Below are positions 39,401 to 51,555 of a stretch of DNA of 64,000 nucleotides, in pieces. Origin of the DNA: Styela clava (Eukaryota); NCBI RefSeq assembly GCF_964204865.1, contig NC_135252.1:5456001-5520000 (forward strand), read 5' to 3'. The notes under the pieces were generated by a model that was given only the letters and a program-made list of their open reading frames with translations, searched no databases and was not told the DNA's origin. Position numbers and translations under genes: made by a program. The stretch's first letter is position 1; every line of letters starts with the position of its first letter.

Positions 39401-42400
39401 TGAATGTCAGCGAAAATCGTCGTTTTTATTCAAAGTCTAAGTTGAAACGGAAAACAAATTCCAAAACTATAATTTTATTCTTCCTACAGAAGACGAAACA
39501 CCCAAAACACCAAAGAATCCTTGCTATCCCAACCCATGTCAAAACGGAAAATGTTTGTCACCACCTGGACAAAAAGGAGGATATAAATGCATTTGCTATA
39601 AAGGTTATAGAGGGGATCACTGCGAATATAGTAAGTTAAATATATCATTTGTGTTCACAGGGTATTACGGCATAAATCGCCTGTATCGGTATATTCTTTA
39701 CATTCTATTTGAGTCCATATAACTTTAAGTAAATTGCTTAATTTGTTTTGTGGTGATTAGTGCATTCCTAAACTCCAGCGAAAAAACGTGTACAACCACA
39801 AGTAGCATTCATTAAAAATACCTGTCTGACTGTCAGCTGAAATTTTAATGCATTTTATTATATTAGTGTAGCATGCAACAAATGCACATTTAAATATGCA
39901 TCTTGTAATTTAGTGAAGGTTCAGATGAAACGTCATGTATGTAAATTGCTGCAAAACCTGTATTTAGCAGTTAGCACTCAATGAGCTGCTGCGTAAATCC
40001 CAATAACATCTATAGTTATTATAGCTATTTACTCGCATTCGGAGTGGAATAATTTAGTGAAGTACAGTAATCTTGATATTGTTGCAAAAGGAAACTGTTA
40101 GTTAGAAACCAAATTCATTTTATTTTAAAACTACCACCAACAGTTATTAATTCAAAAATTGTTAAATTGGCTGATTCTTCTGGAAATTCACTTGCATGTT
40201 TTTGAGTTACATCCACATAACAACTTATTTAACTCTTTTGTTCAGAAAATCCAAAAACACCTAGTAAATGCTACCCGAATCCGTGCCAAAACGGTGGAAA
40301 GTGCTACAAGAAAATGTTTGGATATCAGTGCAGTTGTGCGAAAGGATACTACGGAAAACACTGCGAATATTGTACGTAACTCAAAGGAACTAGATCAACT
40401 TTTACTTGTTCATTTGCATGCCAAATTGTGAAAATGCTGATCCCCAGCTATTATTGAGCGAGGTTGGAGACATTCGAATCCCTACCATTGGTGGCTTATG
40501 TCCTATGTCTACTATGAAGAATTCTTTTTTTTTTAACATATCAACGAAAAACGCGTGTAACTTACAAATCCATATAGAAAATGTATTACCTTTTTTCAGA
40601 CAAACCAAAAACACCTACTCCGAAAAATAAATGCTACCCGAATCCATGCCAACACGGTGGAAAATGCTTTGAAAAAATGTATGGATACGAATGCCGGTGC
40701 GCGAAAGGATACTGGGGCGAAAACTGCCAATACAGTAAGTAGATAAAGTTGTGTGATATTCACCACTTCATTATTTTCTGCAAAAACCTAGTTAATAGTG
40801 TTGATATTAAAAAAAATGTGGCATTACTCTACTCTTGTATATGGCTTGTTTATGCTCAAAATTACCATTTGTTTGCGAGCCAACTTGTTAGTTAAAGACT
40901 AAGTTAAAACGGAAAACAAATCCCAAACATTTATTTTTATTCTTCCTACAGAAGACGAAACACCCAAAACACCAAAGAATCCTTGCTATCCTAACCCATG
41001 TCAAAACGGAAAATGTTTGTCACCACCTGGACAAAAAGGAGGATATAAATGCATTTGCTATAAAGGTTATAAAGGGGATCACTGCGAATACAGTAAGTTA
41101 AATATCCTATTTAGGTTCACAATAACTTACGGCATAATTCGCCGGTATCGGTATAGACTTTACAATCTGTTAGAGTTCATATGACTTTAAGCAAATCACA
41201 GACCTTTGTTTTGAGGCAATTAGTACATATCTTGGTATGGATTATGCGTATGGGCATATCAAAAATTCTTAAATGTCAGCGAAAATCGTGTAATTAGCAT
41301 CCATTAAAAATAACTATCTGACCGCCAGCTGAAATTTGAATGCATTTTATTATATTAGTATGAGGCACGTTTAAAATGCATCATGCAATTTAAAAAGGTT
41401 CAGACTAATGAATCTTCATATATGTAAATTGCTGCAAACACTGTGTTTAGCACTCAATGAGCTGCGTAAATCTCAATAACATCTATAGTTAATAGCTATT
41501 TGGTCTCATTCGGAGTGGAATCGTTTAGTGAGGTACAGTAATCTTGATATTGTTGCAAACGAAAACTGTTAATTAAAAATCGAATCCATTTTAGTAAAAC
41601 TACCGCCAAAAATTATTAATTCAAAAATTGTTAAATTGGCTGTTTCTTCTGGAAATTTACTCGAATTTGTTTGAGTTACCATCCACATAACAACTTATTT
41701 AACTCTTTTGTTCAGAAAATCCAAAAACGCCCAAAACACCAAAAACACCTAATAAATGCTACCCGAATCCGTGTCAAAACGGCGGAAAGTGCTACAAGAA
41801 AATGTTTGGATATCAGTGCAGTTGTGAGAAAGGATACTATGGAAAACACTGCGAATATTGTACGTAACTCAAAGGAACTAGATCAACTTATACTTGTTCA
41901 TTTGCATGTCAAATTGTAAAATTGCTGATCCCAAACTATTAATACGCGAGGGTGAAGACATTCGAATCCCTACCATTGGTGGCTTATGTCTTATGTCTGC
42001 TATAAAAAATTCTTTTTATTTCAACACATCAACGAAAAACGTGTGGATCTTACAAATCCATATAGTAAATGTATTACCTTTTTCCAGACAAACCAAAAAC
42101 ACCTACTCCAAAAGATAAATGCTACCCGAATCCATGCCAACACGGTGGAAAATGCTTTAAAAAAATGTATGGATACGAATGCCGGTGCGTGAAAGGATAC
42201 TGGGGCGAAAACTGCCAATACAGTAAGTAGATAAAGTTGTGTGATATTTAACACTTCATTATTTTCTGCAATAACCTAGTTAATAGTGTTGATATTGAAA
42301 AAATGTGGCATTACTCTACTCTTGTATATGGCTTGTTTATGCTCAAAATTACCATTTGTTTGCGAGCCGATTTGTTAGTTAGGGACTAAGCTAAAACGGG

Positions 42401-45400
42401 AAACAAAACCCAAACATTTATTTTTATTCTTCTTACAGAAGACGAAACACCCAAAACACCAAAGAATCCTTGCTATCCCAACCCATGTCAAAACGGAAAA
42501 TGTTTGTCACCACCTGGACAAAAAGGAGGATATAAATGCATTTGCTATAAAGGTTATAGAGGGGATCACTGCGAATATAGTAAGTTAAATATCGTCACGC
42601 TAATAACCGAACTGCGTAAGTCATTTTTGGCGATTTTGAGTTTTTTTATAAAATAGGTATTTATGTAATGCTGCGCACCTGTCTGTTAACTCAGATTTCA
42701 TTTCAAGAATTCCGAAACCAATAAAAATGGAGATTTAGTATAACATGCACATTTGTGCAATTGTTTCGTCATAATGAATTATCATTGGTGCCGTAGGACT
42801 ATTGTGACGTCACAAAGGAAAAATAACCTCGGCTAAGTATTTTCGAGTTTTTGCATCTCGAATTCTAGCTTAACACGTATTAATTTGAATTTATACTACA
42901 GTATAGGAAGGCGTGCACTTGTGATATTCACTGTCCGAGTCCAATTCACCTTGGTAGGCTTTTATATTGGGTGCATTGCTGTTTTATTCTTTATAATTAA
43001 TCTTAGTCTTATTTCGGTGGGTGCGCAGAACTTGTTATATTATTGAAATATATATTTTTAAACATAAAAAATAATGTAATTGAAACTGATTAGCTATTTT
43101 TGGGATTAGACATTGTAGATACTGAAAATAACATTCGTTTTTGGAATGTTTAGTTTTCAAGACAGGTGCATATAGTAAAGTTGCAAAATTGCGTATGTCC
43201 CCAAGTCATAGACACATTTCTGCCTAAGTCACAGTGCGCCATTATGACGTCACTTAACTGCGTCATACAAATTAACTTAAATCCGGCTACGATTAAAAAA
43301 TTGAACCACGGCAAATTATTGACTCTCAATGACAAAACAATATCATTAGGAAGTTTTTTACGTTTTTCTCAAAACTGCTAAAAATGACTTACGCAATTCG
43401 GTTATTAGCGTGACGAATCATTTGTGTTCACAGGAAATTACGGCATAACTCGCCTGTATCGGTATATTCTTTACATTCTGTTTGAGTCCATGTAACTTTA
43501 AGTAAATTGCCCATTTTTTTGTGTGGTAATTAATGCATACTTAGCATGGATTGTGCGTATGTGGCTATGAAAGATTCCTAAACTTCAGCGAAAAAACGTG
43601 TACAACCACAAGTAGCATTCATTAAAAATAACTATCTGGCCGTCAGCTGAAATTTTAATGCATTTTATTATATTAGTGTAACATGCAACAAATGAACATT
43701 TAAATATGCATCTTGTAATTTAGTGAAGTTTCAGATAAAACGTCATGTATGTAAATTGCTGCAAAACCTGTATTTAACACTCAATGAGCCGCGTAAATCC
43801 CAATAACATCTATATTTTTTAGCTGTTCACTCGCATTCGGAGAGGAATAGTTTAGTGAAGTAAAGTATTCTTGGTATTAAAAAAAACTGTTAATTAGAAA
43901 GCGAATCCATTTTAGTTTAAAACTACCGCCAAAAATTATTAATTCGAAAATTGTTAAATTGGCTGTTTCTTCTGGAAATTCGCTCGCATTTTTTAGAGTT
44001 AGCCTACATCCACATAACTTATTTAACTATTTTGTTCAGAAAATCCAAAAACGCCCAAAACACCAATAACACCTGATAAATGCTACCCGAATCCATGCCA
44101 AAACGGCGGGAAGTGCTACAAGAAAATGTTTGGATATCAGTGCAGTTGTGAGAAAGGATACTACGGAAAACACTGCGAATATTGTACGTAAATCAAAGGA
44201 ACTAGATCAACTTTTACTTGTTCATTTGTATGTCAAATTGTAAAAATGCTGATCCCCAGCTATTATAATAATTCTTCTATAAAAAAAAATTTCTCAACAC
44301 CTCAACGAAAAACGTGTGAAACTACAGATCCATATATATAGTAAATGAATTACCTTTTTCAGACAAACCGAAAACACCTACTCCAAAAGATAAATGCTAC
44401 CCGAATCCATGCCAACACGGTGGAAAATGCTTTAAAAAAATGTATGGATACGAATGCCGTTGCGTGAAAGGATACTGGGGCGAAAACTGCCAATACAGTA
44501 AGTAGATAAAGTTGCGTGATATTTAACACTTCATTATTTTCTGCAATAATCTAGTTAATAGTGTTGATATTAAAAAAATGTGGCATTACTCTACTCTTGT
44601 ATATGGCTTGTTTATGCTCAAAATTACCATCTGTTTGCGAGCCGATTTGTTTTTAACATATCTTTAAAAAAGGACAGTTTCAGTCCTGTATCACACCTTT
44701 AATAAATAATTTTTGTAAAATATATGTCAGATGATACACTAAAAAATGCTGAAAGTAGAGTGTTGCTCTTGAGAAATATCCCGTTAACAACTACTTGCAA
44801 ACAGTAACATTTCCTAGCAAATCTAATTTTTTTTGGTATTTTCGACCATTAGGATGCTGATATCATCTTTCCATTAAATATTCTCATGTTATTCTCAATT
44901 TTAAGTAATAGCAACTTTTATTTATCTTTGTTTCAGAAAAAAATAGTCCGAAAACTCCCCCAAAAAGCAAATGTTATCCAAATCCATGTATGCACGACGG
45001 TGAGTGCTACGTAACTATGTTTGGGTACAAATGCAGTTGCAAAAAAGGATATACTGGGAATAACTGTCAATACAGTAAGTATTTATCAATATACATTCAT
45101 TCTGTCATGACGAGGTTATAACCGTTTTTATTTGATAGAAGTTTGAATATTGATGGGACGGTCTCGGTTCGTTGTTATTAAATTCGCCATAACGTGGTTA
45201 CCAAACGCTTACACAAAATGAAATATTTTAACTTGAGTATCACTCAATAAATGGCAATTATTACGACATTCCGCCCGTTTAACGCTACTTTCAACCAAAT
45301 TTGAAGATTGTGGATGTTTACTATTCGTAGTTTTAGCTTTGTCCATCGAAAAAGTGCCCGGACAGTACTTTTGACGTAGTAGTGAATGAAATTACAGAGA

Positions 45401-47024
45401 ATAAGTTTATTCTACAGCTTTTTTTATAGGTTTTATTGGCGAAAGTGCTTGTTTGTGATTGATTCCAACATTTCTTTAGAATACAATTCATCTCCTAAAC
45501 CCAAAGACCGGTGTGATCCTAACCCATGTGCAAACGGTGGAACGTGCAAGAAATCGTTTTATGGATACAAATGCGATTGTCCCAAGGGATATACTGGAAA
45601 ACATTGTGAATCAAGTAAGTTTCTGATTTGACAAAATTATAAATTATTTTGAATAACGCTTAAAAATAAACATTTTGAGGAAATAATACTTCAAGAATAT
45701 TCACGTATTTTTCCTACTCCTGGTTTACGCCAGACTTCATAAACAAAAAGTTACCATTTGCAATAAAAAATCTGGTATAATTTACTCGACTGGTAAAAAC
45801 AGAGTCGGTGTGACTGAAATACATTTTTAATGCGCCGAAGAATATCTATTAGAACAATTTGATTTATTTTGAGAAAACAAAATTAAATCAAATTAAACAA
45901 CAGAAAATAATGATGCAATTTTGCAGCGAGTTTATATATAAGAGTGTCATGAATTCATTGTGAATTTAATCTCCAGTATAAGGCGTGTTGAGCTTATTTT
46001 TGTTTTCTTTTTAGAATACAACAACCCATCTCCTAAACCAAAAGGACGATGTAATCCTAACCCGTGCAGAAATGGTGGAACGTGTAGATCTTCGTTGTTT
46101 GGATACAATTGCAACTGTCCCTATGGGTATTATGGAAAACGATGCGATTCGAGTAAGCTTATTTTTTAAGTTGTGTCACGAACAAACGATATCAGCCAGG
46201 GGTTAACACGTGTATTACATTATTGTCATTGCTCACTTTACCAATGTACAAGATTTAGATTAGGTAAGATTTTAATAGACAAATGGTCATCCACAAACAT
46301 CACTTGCAAATTATTTGTTTTAGTCTTTAAACAATAAGAAATATTTTAGGCAATACCTATCAGTATTTTTCGTTATAAAAAAAAAACAGATAAGAATATT
46401 TAGCACTAAGAGTGCGTTGTATCTTGCTGGACCAGCGTTAATGCCAAATCTTATCGTAATTGTCACGATAAATTGATAATTATCGCCATTATCACTTATT
46501 ACAAGTTGCGCTGTTGGAATAGTGGTGCGTCTAAGTACGTATGTTTAATCATCTTCCATCAGTTCGTTTGTAAGTACTGATCTTCGACTATAATTAGTGG
46601 AATTCATCTCGGGGCGCTCCGCTTGATATCAAACAATATTGACTAAATGACATCTCCAATACCATTTTTTTTATGAAGTCATTTAATACTCTATTGAAGT
46701 CATATATCTATGTATAAAAAGTGAAAATTAGAGTTGTAAAATCTATTTTTTTTCTCGTTTGACACTGATTGCTCTAATAAACTCTTTACTTTTGTAGAAA
46801 AGGGTGGATCTCCGAAGAGCAAGGGTTCGCCAAAAGGATCACCTAAAAAAAACTCGCCGAAAGGTTATTCACCCAAGAAAAAAACATCAAAAGGTTATTC
46901 ACCCAAGAAAAAAACACCAAAAGGAGATTCACCTAAGAAAAAATGGCCTAAAGGAAATTCACCAAAAAGTAATTCCCCAAAAGGTGGTAACAAAAAAAAG
47001 AAGGGCTCACCAAGAAGAGGTTAA
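21401..47024 (+). CDS. Large secreted EGF-repeat protein (~52 exons, ~45 EGF modules including 6 calcium-binding type, ~2030 aa) with a basic SPKK-repeat C-terminal tail
   Basis: Signal peptide exon 21401-21455 ([19 protein letters not shown]). Phase 1-1 exons start at 23446, 23660, 24068 (linker), 24441, 25103, 25661, 25890, 26259, 26556, 26870, 27123, 27580, 27826, 28284, 28692, 29016, 29343, 29811, 30023, 30595, 30901, 31101, 31564, 31895 (linker), 32103, then 3x[24-nt microexon + 2 cbEGF] from 32421/33555/34746, then 35821, 36375, 37754, 38947, then 3x[3 EGF] from 39490/40952/42439, then 44937, 45480 and 46015. The last exon is 46798-47024. All introns are GT-AG, all exons are open, and the total is 6099 nt. 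The two short linker exons are less certain. Confidence 0.88.
28431..28540. mobile_element. 110-bp hairpin MITE copy (intronic)
   Basis: gcaccaagatggcgcacaacctgaa...ttcaggttgtgcgccatcttgatgc...gggagcgcc. Confidence 0.85.
28661..29260 (+). repeat. Recent ~324-bp tandem duplication of one EGF exon plus flanking intron
   Basis: Exons 28692-28817 and 29016-29141 are nearly identical, and the intron flanks (taatccgtgattttttt; ttatcaga.gct..tatgatagct.taagatact) are shared. Confidence 0.9.
30440..30549. mobile_element. 110-bp hairpin MITE copy with imperfect 8-bp TSD
   Basis: ggacctcctgaagtatg...catacctcaggagcccc, flanked by taattttt / tcattttt. Confidence 0.85.
32400..35790 (+). repeat. Tandem triplication (periods 1134 and 1191 bp) of microexon + two calcium-binding EGF exons
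   Basis: Microexons at 32421, 33555, 34746 (DPDSTPPP); IDECDLE.DNCDR exons at 32734, 33887, 35078; [12 protein letters not shown] exons at 33154, 34331, 35483. The introns also align. Confidence 0.95.
36773..37720 (-). mobile_element. Degraded L1/Tx1-clade LINE ORF2 fragment (post-RT region) in an EGF-gene intron
   Basis: The minus strand, across frameshifts, reads [48 protein letters not shown] and later [30 protein letters not shown], which are typical L1/Tx1 ORF2 motifs. Confidence 0.75.
38295..38741. mobile_element. hAT (Buster/Charlie-type) MITE, 447 bp
   Basis: Perfect 15-bp TIRs caggggtcggcaacc / ggttgccgacccctg and a perfect 8-bp TSD ctatacag (38287-38294, 38742-38749) with central TA. 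Confidence 0.95.
39289..39350 (+). pseudogene. Truncated EGF pseudo-exon inside the EGF gene
   Basis: After the acceptor ...tgcag the frame reads [19 protein letters not shown] (3 of 6 Cys), then runs into sequence homologous to the intron at ~41218-41290. Confidence 0.8.
39430..44650 (+). repeat. Tandem triplication (periods 1462 and 1487 bp) of a three-EGF-exon unit
   Basis: Exon triplets 39490/40246/40600, 40952/41716/42089 and 42439/44040/44363. Introns align, and copy 3 carries an 825-bp insertion. Confidence 0.95.
42592..43416. mobile_element. Non-autonomous DNA transposon, ~825 bp, with ~49-bp TIRs
   Basis: TIR tcgtcacgctaataaccgaa(c/t)tgcgtaagtcattttt at both ends. The element is absent from the paralogous introns at 39631 and 41093. 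The TSD is ambiguous (AT/TA-rich). Confidence 0.9.
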
Positions 47025-47628
47025 TTAAACTGTCGGTCTCCCAGCAATGAGATACTATTTATAACAGAAGGAACATAACAATACATTTGTGTAATTTAAT
47101 TTATAATATGTATAATCCTGAATTTATGTATGGAGCAATGCCTGCTGAATCTGTAATAGATTAACGCAAGATGCAAAAAAATGTTTTTCATTATTTCGAT
47201 ATACGGGTGTGGAACTGACATCAGGACTGACATCAGAAGATTTCTTAAAGCTTGTACAGTCGAGACTTCGCAAAGTGATCACGCACGATATCGCCCCTCG
47301 CGGAATTGAAAGTTTCGAATATTCGACGCGTGTGGGACTCATTATTCTCAGATAGTTTCCGTACGCGTTTTTTGACAGGTAGATTATATTAATGAGTTAC
47401 GCCTCCATTCACAAGTCACGTAGTTGCACCTGGACTTACGATAAAGCCATCTTATAAGCTTCAATCCCCAATTGTAACATATACGCTTTCTATAGTTGAA
47501 ACATATCCAAACTACTCACAGTTTCAAACGCATAAGACTATGCCGAATATCTGCGGCATCATTCGTCAGTAGTTTGGTTTACATTCCTAATAAAGTCCTT
47601 GTCGAGGTAGAAATAAAATATTTCGGAC

Positions 47629-47817
47629 CTTTGTACAAAGCCCCCGAAAAAAATAAAAAGCACCCCCCCACCGCTCAAAATTTAAAAAATTGGTAATTAA
47701 CCGGTTGAGGTTAGGGTGAGGGAGAACCCTTACTGGATAATTACTAATCTTTTAATTTTGAGCGCTGACGGGGGTGATTCCTCACATTTTCGCATAGGGG
47801 GCGGGGTTTTGTGCAAG
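47629..47817. mobile_element. Fold-back (MITE-like) element, ~190 bp
   Basis: Imperfect inverted arms ttgtacaaagcccc..cacccccc..cgctcaaaattt..ggtaatta / taattacta..aattttgagcg..gggggtg..ggggttttgtgcaa. The spacer contains ggttagggt. Confidence 0.7.
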
Positions 47818-50800
47818 AGATTCAATATTCCTGGCTGGGCTAACCTGCGCGAATCATGGCAGGTGGGGTGGTTGGTATGGGATGACTCCATGACGGACAA
47901 ACTTCAATTTATAATCTGTCATGTTAGCATTGCAAGGTCATTTCTCTCATCACTTGTGTTAAAACGAAATGTAGAGAGTTTAGATTGGAAGGTAATTTCG
48001 GAGTGTTTGCTTTTCATTGAAGTAGTTGCCATATTTTACCAAAACAAAAATCTTTTTTTTTCATTACACCAGTGACTGCTGCACATCCTCAATAATGCTA
48101 TGACAATAAAAAAAAAAAAATTCTGAGGAAACATCTAAGGTTAAAATACTTAGCTCGTCTTTATTTCCGTTTTGTCAAGTTTGATGGTAAGTATTTTTTA
48201 ATAAATTCTGCTTTTGAATTCAAATGAATGGGTAGGTTTCCGTGGATTGATTTCACTAACAAGTATAAAGATTGGGTACAAAAACCGCGCATTTTGCGTA
48301 GTTCTCTGCAACGCCGAGATAAGAGGGGGATGTGTATTCATATTGCCGGTTTCGCAATTCAAACGTGCAAATTCAGTCAAAATTTGCAATAAATTTTATC
48401 ATTGTTGAGTCAGCGAATTCCAAAACTCTGTAAAATACCATAAAAATTTACTCAACCTTTTTTGTCGAATGTATTTTTATCCCCAGTAAAGCATTCAAGT
48501 GGAAAAACATCAGCAATCGGCTTTCCTGTTTGGCCGAAATTCTATATGCTCTATCCCTTGTCGATACGCGCTTTTAACCGTAAGGATTTTTGGTTTCCGC
48601 TTTTTTTTCAAAACTAGCTTGCGCAGCATTTCTCAAATTTCAAATGATTCCACCCAAAATATCATTTCACTAACTAGGGATGTCGTTTATTAAGGCAATA
48701 TTTGTACTTCATGAAGATTATAAGATATAAACATATAAAATAACATGTGAAATACTTTGGTATGAATTTGATCACCCCATATTTTTTCATCATTGATCGA
48801 TGTGTAAGCAAGTGAATCATTCTTGACAATGCAATTTATAACGTCTGATTGGTCTATAGTCCAACATTTTTTTATTGATGCACATTGGTCCTAGGACACT
48901 TTTGAATCCATTTTCAGAGAATACTTATATTGCAGATTATTGAAAAGAGCTTGCACTACACTATTCTTCCAATCATAAGTTACTTTCTTTGGAATTTTCA
49001 ATTTATTTGCTTTTGATCACGTACAGACAGTCTGCGCGAAAATTTTTCCTGTGTGTCTAGACTTGAAGAACTCATGATTCACGATTCTCAACAGTTTACT
49101 CATTATTGCTAGTCAAAAATAATCATCCTTGGCCCTGTTCAGATATTGAGAAAATGTACATCCACTCAAAATTTTGAATATCACCCCTTTTCAAGTTTCT
49201 TTGTGTCGCAATAAAGCTACAAGTTTTAAAAAGGGGACTGGTAATACATAAAAGTATTTTTGCGGCAGCTTCCACGTGCGAATCTGAAGCAATAAGTTTG
49301 CAAACATGGAGCAAAGACTTGCAGTTAGATTACACATTTTCTAGTTCCCATAGCTTTCCACAAAAGTCACGAAATTTGAACCTGAGAATAACAAATGCAC
49401 ACTCAGAATACTGATATTGTTACATCAAGAATTCAAAGACCGAATATTTCACAATTTCGATAAAATGTGCGCAGACAAATCAAATATTTCGAAACATTTG
49501 ATGATTTCACATCTAGTTCATTTATTGTATATTATTCTAAAATCTTGGAATAAGTTTCTCTAATATATTTTCCCAGGCAGCTGTAAATTAAATAAAAGCC
49601 AATAAATTTTTACGACCTTAGCAAATATTGCAGTCGACCTCAATTTTGTTATTTTCATTTGTATATTAGCCGTAAATGCATTGTGCGATTCCAAACAATT
49701 GTTAATGAATGAATTAATTGTGTTTACGATCCTATCGGTCGATCAAACAATAAAAAACATTAGCAACCGAGCGAAAGATCATGGGAAATCAAAGAATGAC
49801 TCCAACGTGAGCGACCTAATTTAATCTATGTGTGAAATTCTGAAAGTTTGATCCAACAATAGCTTCGATGTTTTACAACTTACGTTTCCCGTCTTATGAT
49901 GCTGTTATCGACGCTTGATGCTTGTCAAACCGTTTAGTACATTTTGAAAATAATTTAAAATTGTGAAAGGTTCAGAAGTTGATTTTTCAATGTGAGATGA
50001 TTTTATCTAAACACGAGTAATACGTAAAAGCGTTGTACAGTATTCCAAATCAAATATATAACAAAATCAGTGATATAAACAATTTATACACTACCACGGC
50101 ACATCTGTATATTCTTTAACTAATTTTGATGCAAAAACACTAAATGGTAGGAAATTCTTTCAACTTTTATATCATCAATGTCGATTCCAACGGATTTTAC
50201 ATTTATTTTACTTTCTATTCAGAACACAAAACATTCATTATTCATTATGGATTTACTCTGGGGAATTCACGGTTTTAAAGATTCTACGATCAACGGAAAA
50301 TATCACTTAACTGTATATTTTTCTTTCAAAAAGTCCTTGAATGAATATAACGAAATCTGTTTGAAAGGCATTCTTTGCTGCAATTGAGCAAAGGTAGACA
50401 TCTCTTGCACGCCATGATTAATGCAAGTCGATATTAGTAAATTTAAACCGTCAATATACTGTATTTGTAACATATATATTTCACCGACAACGCATTTGGC
50501 GGATCGATTTTATTAATCCAACTATTAATTATTATTTAAAATGGAAAAATAAAAAAAAACTAGTGTAGTAAGGTGCCAGGGATGTCTTCATAATGGTTTC
50601 TGCATCTAATAACTCGAACGCAGATTTTGGTACAAAATAATGTATTATAGATAGATATCTTCAGGAAAGGGTGTATGATGTACATTTACTTTTTGATCAC
50701 GCAAATGTTATCTGATGCTTTGTATATATTTTCTGAAAATGAGTTGAGTGATGATGCATTGTCAGAATTTTGATTCATTTGTTATTCGTTGGACGTCACT

Positions 50801-51555
50801 ATATATTGTCGAACGTCCATAGGAAGCAATTGAGCAGCGGGGAGACTCGTTGAGAAACTATTTGTCTGGAAATATTTATTTGACGCACAAAAACTGACTT
50901 TTGGCTGAATTGTATTCACTCAAAATGTTATGGTCTCTTGCAGAAATCCTTTCACCAGAGTGCCATATTTAGACACAAGCAATGTGAGGCGTATACTTTT
51001 ATCTTTGATGAGGAAGACAGACCATCCGCGAAGCATTAACGACGTTCAGCCTATGTTAGACGTATCGAATCATTCCCACCGAGGATTAACGGGAGAACAA
51101 GGAGAATAAGTAGGGTGTGATTTCAAAAGAGAGGAAATTACGGCGGTCCTAAGTGATCGCCGAGGCGTAAAAGTTTTAGACAAATGTTATACCAATAAAC
51201 AGCTGAGGCAGATATAAGAAAAAAACCAAAGAAAGAGAAAAAGGGCTTTCTCTTTATAGAAAGGGTCCGGGCTATCACTCCATTAGTTCGTCTTAGTTGT
51301 GCGTTGGCAAAGGTGAGGCGCCGGGTTCGTAAGGCCTCTCTGTTGCTGACGAAAGCTTTTCTTCTAATTTGCGGTATCAAAACTTTTTTCTATTGCGCCA
51401 GTCAACCAAGAAGATCTTTAACAGTAGCTGCATTCCTTTCGAGCAAGCGCATTGAGTGCAGACAGTTTCTGCCAAAACGCTTGCAGAGGCGAAGAAGCGG
51501 ATATTTTGCGGGAACGTGCGCAGGGTGACCCCCACTCTGTCGACAACGTTCGATA

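Noticed and set aside
9603-46152. Idea that the fucosyltransferase modifies the neighbouring EGF protein (CANGGTC and CRNGGTC fit the O-fucose consensus)
   Set aside because: EGF O-fucosylation is done by POFUT1 (GT65). This gene is a classical GT10 enzyme and may be inactive, so adjacency is probably coincidental.
46390-46535. Possible extra (transmembrane) exon before the SPKK exon
   Set aside because: Both candidate acceptors hit in-frame stops in the required phase.
21401-47024. Calling the EGF gene Notch, fibrillin or tenascin
   Set aside because: No LNR/ankyrin/TM, TB or FN3 exons were found; the similarity is only generic EGF repeats.
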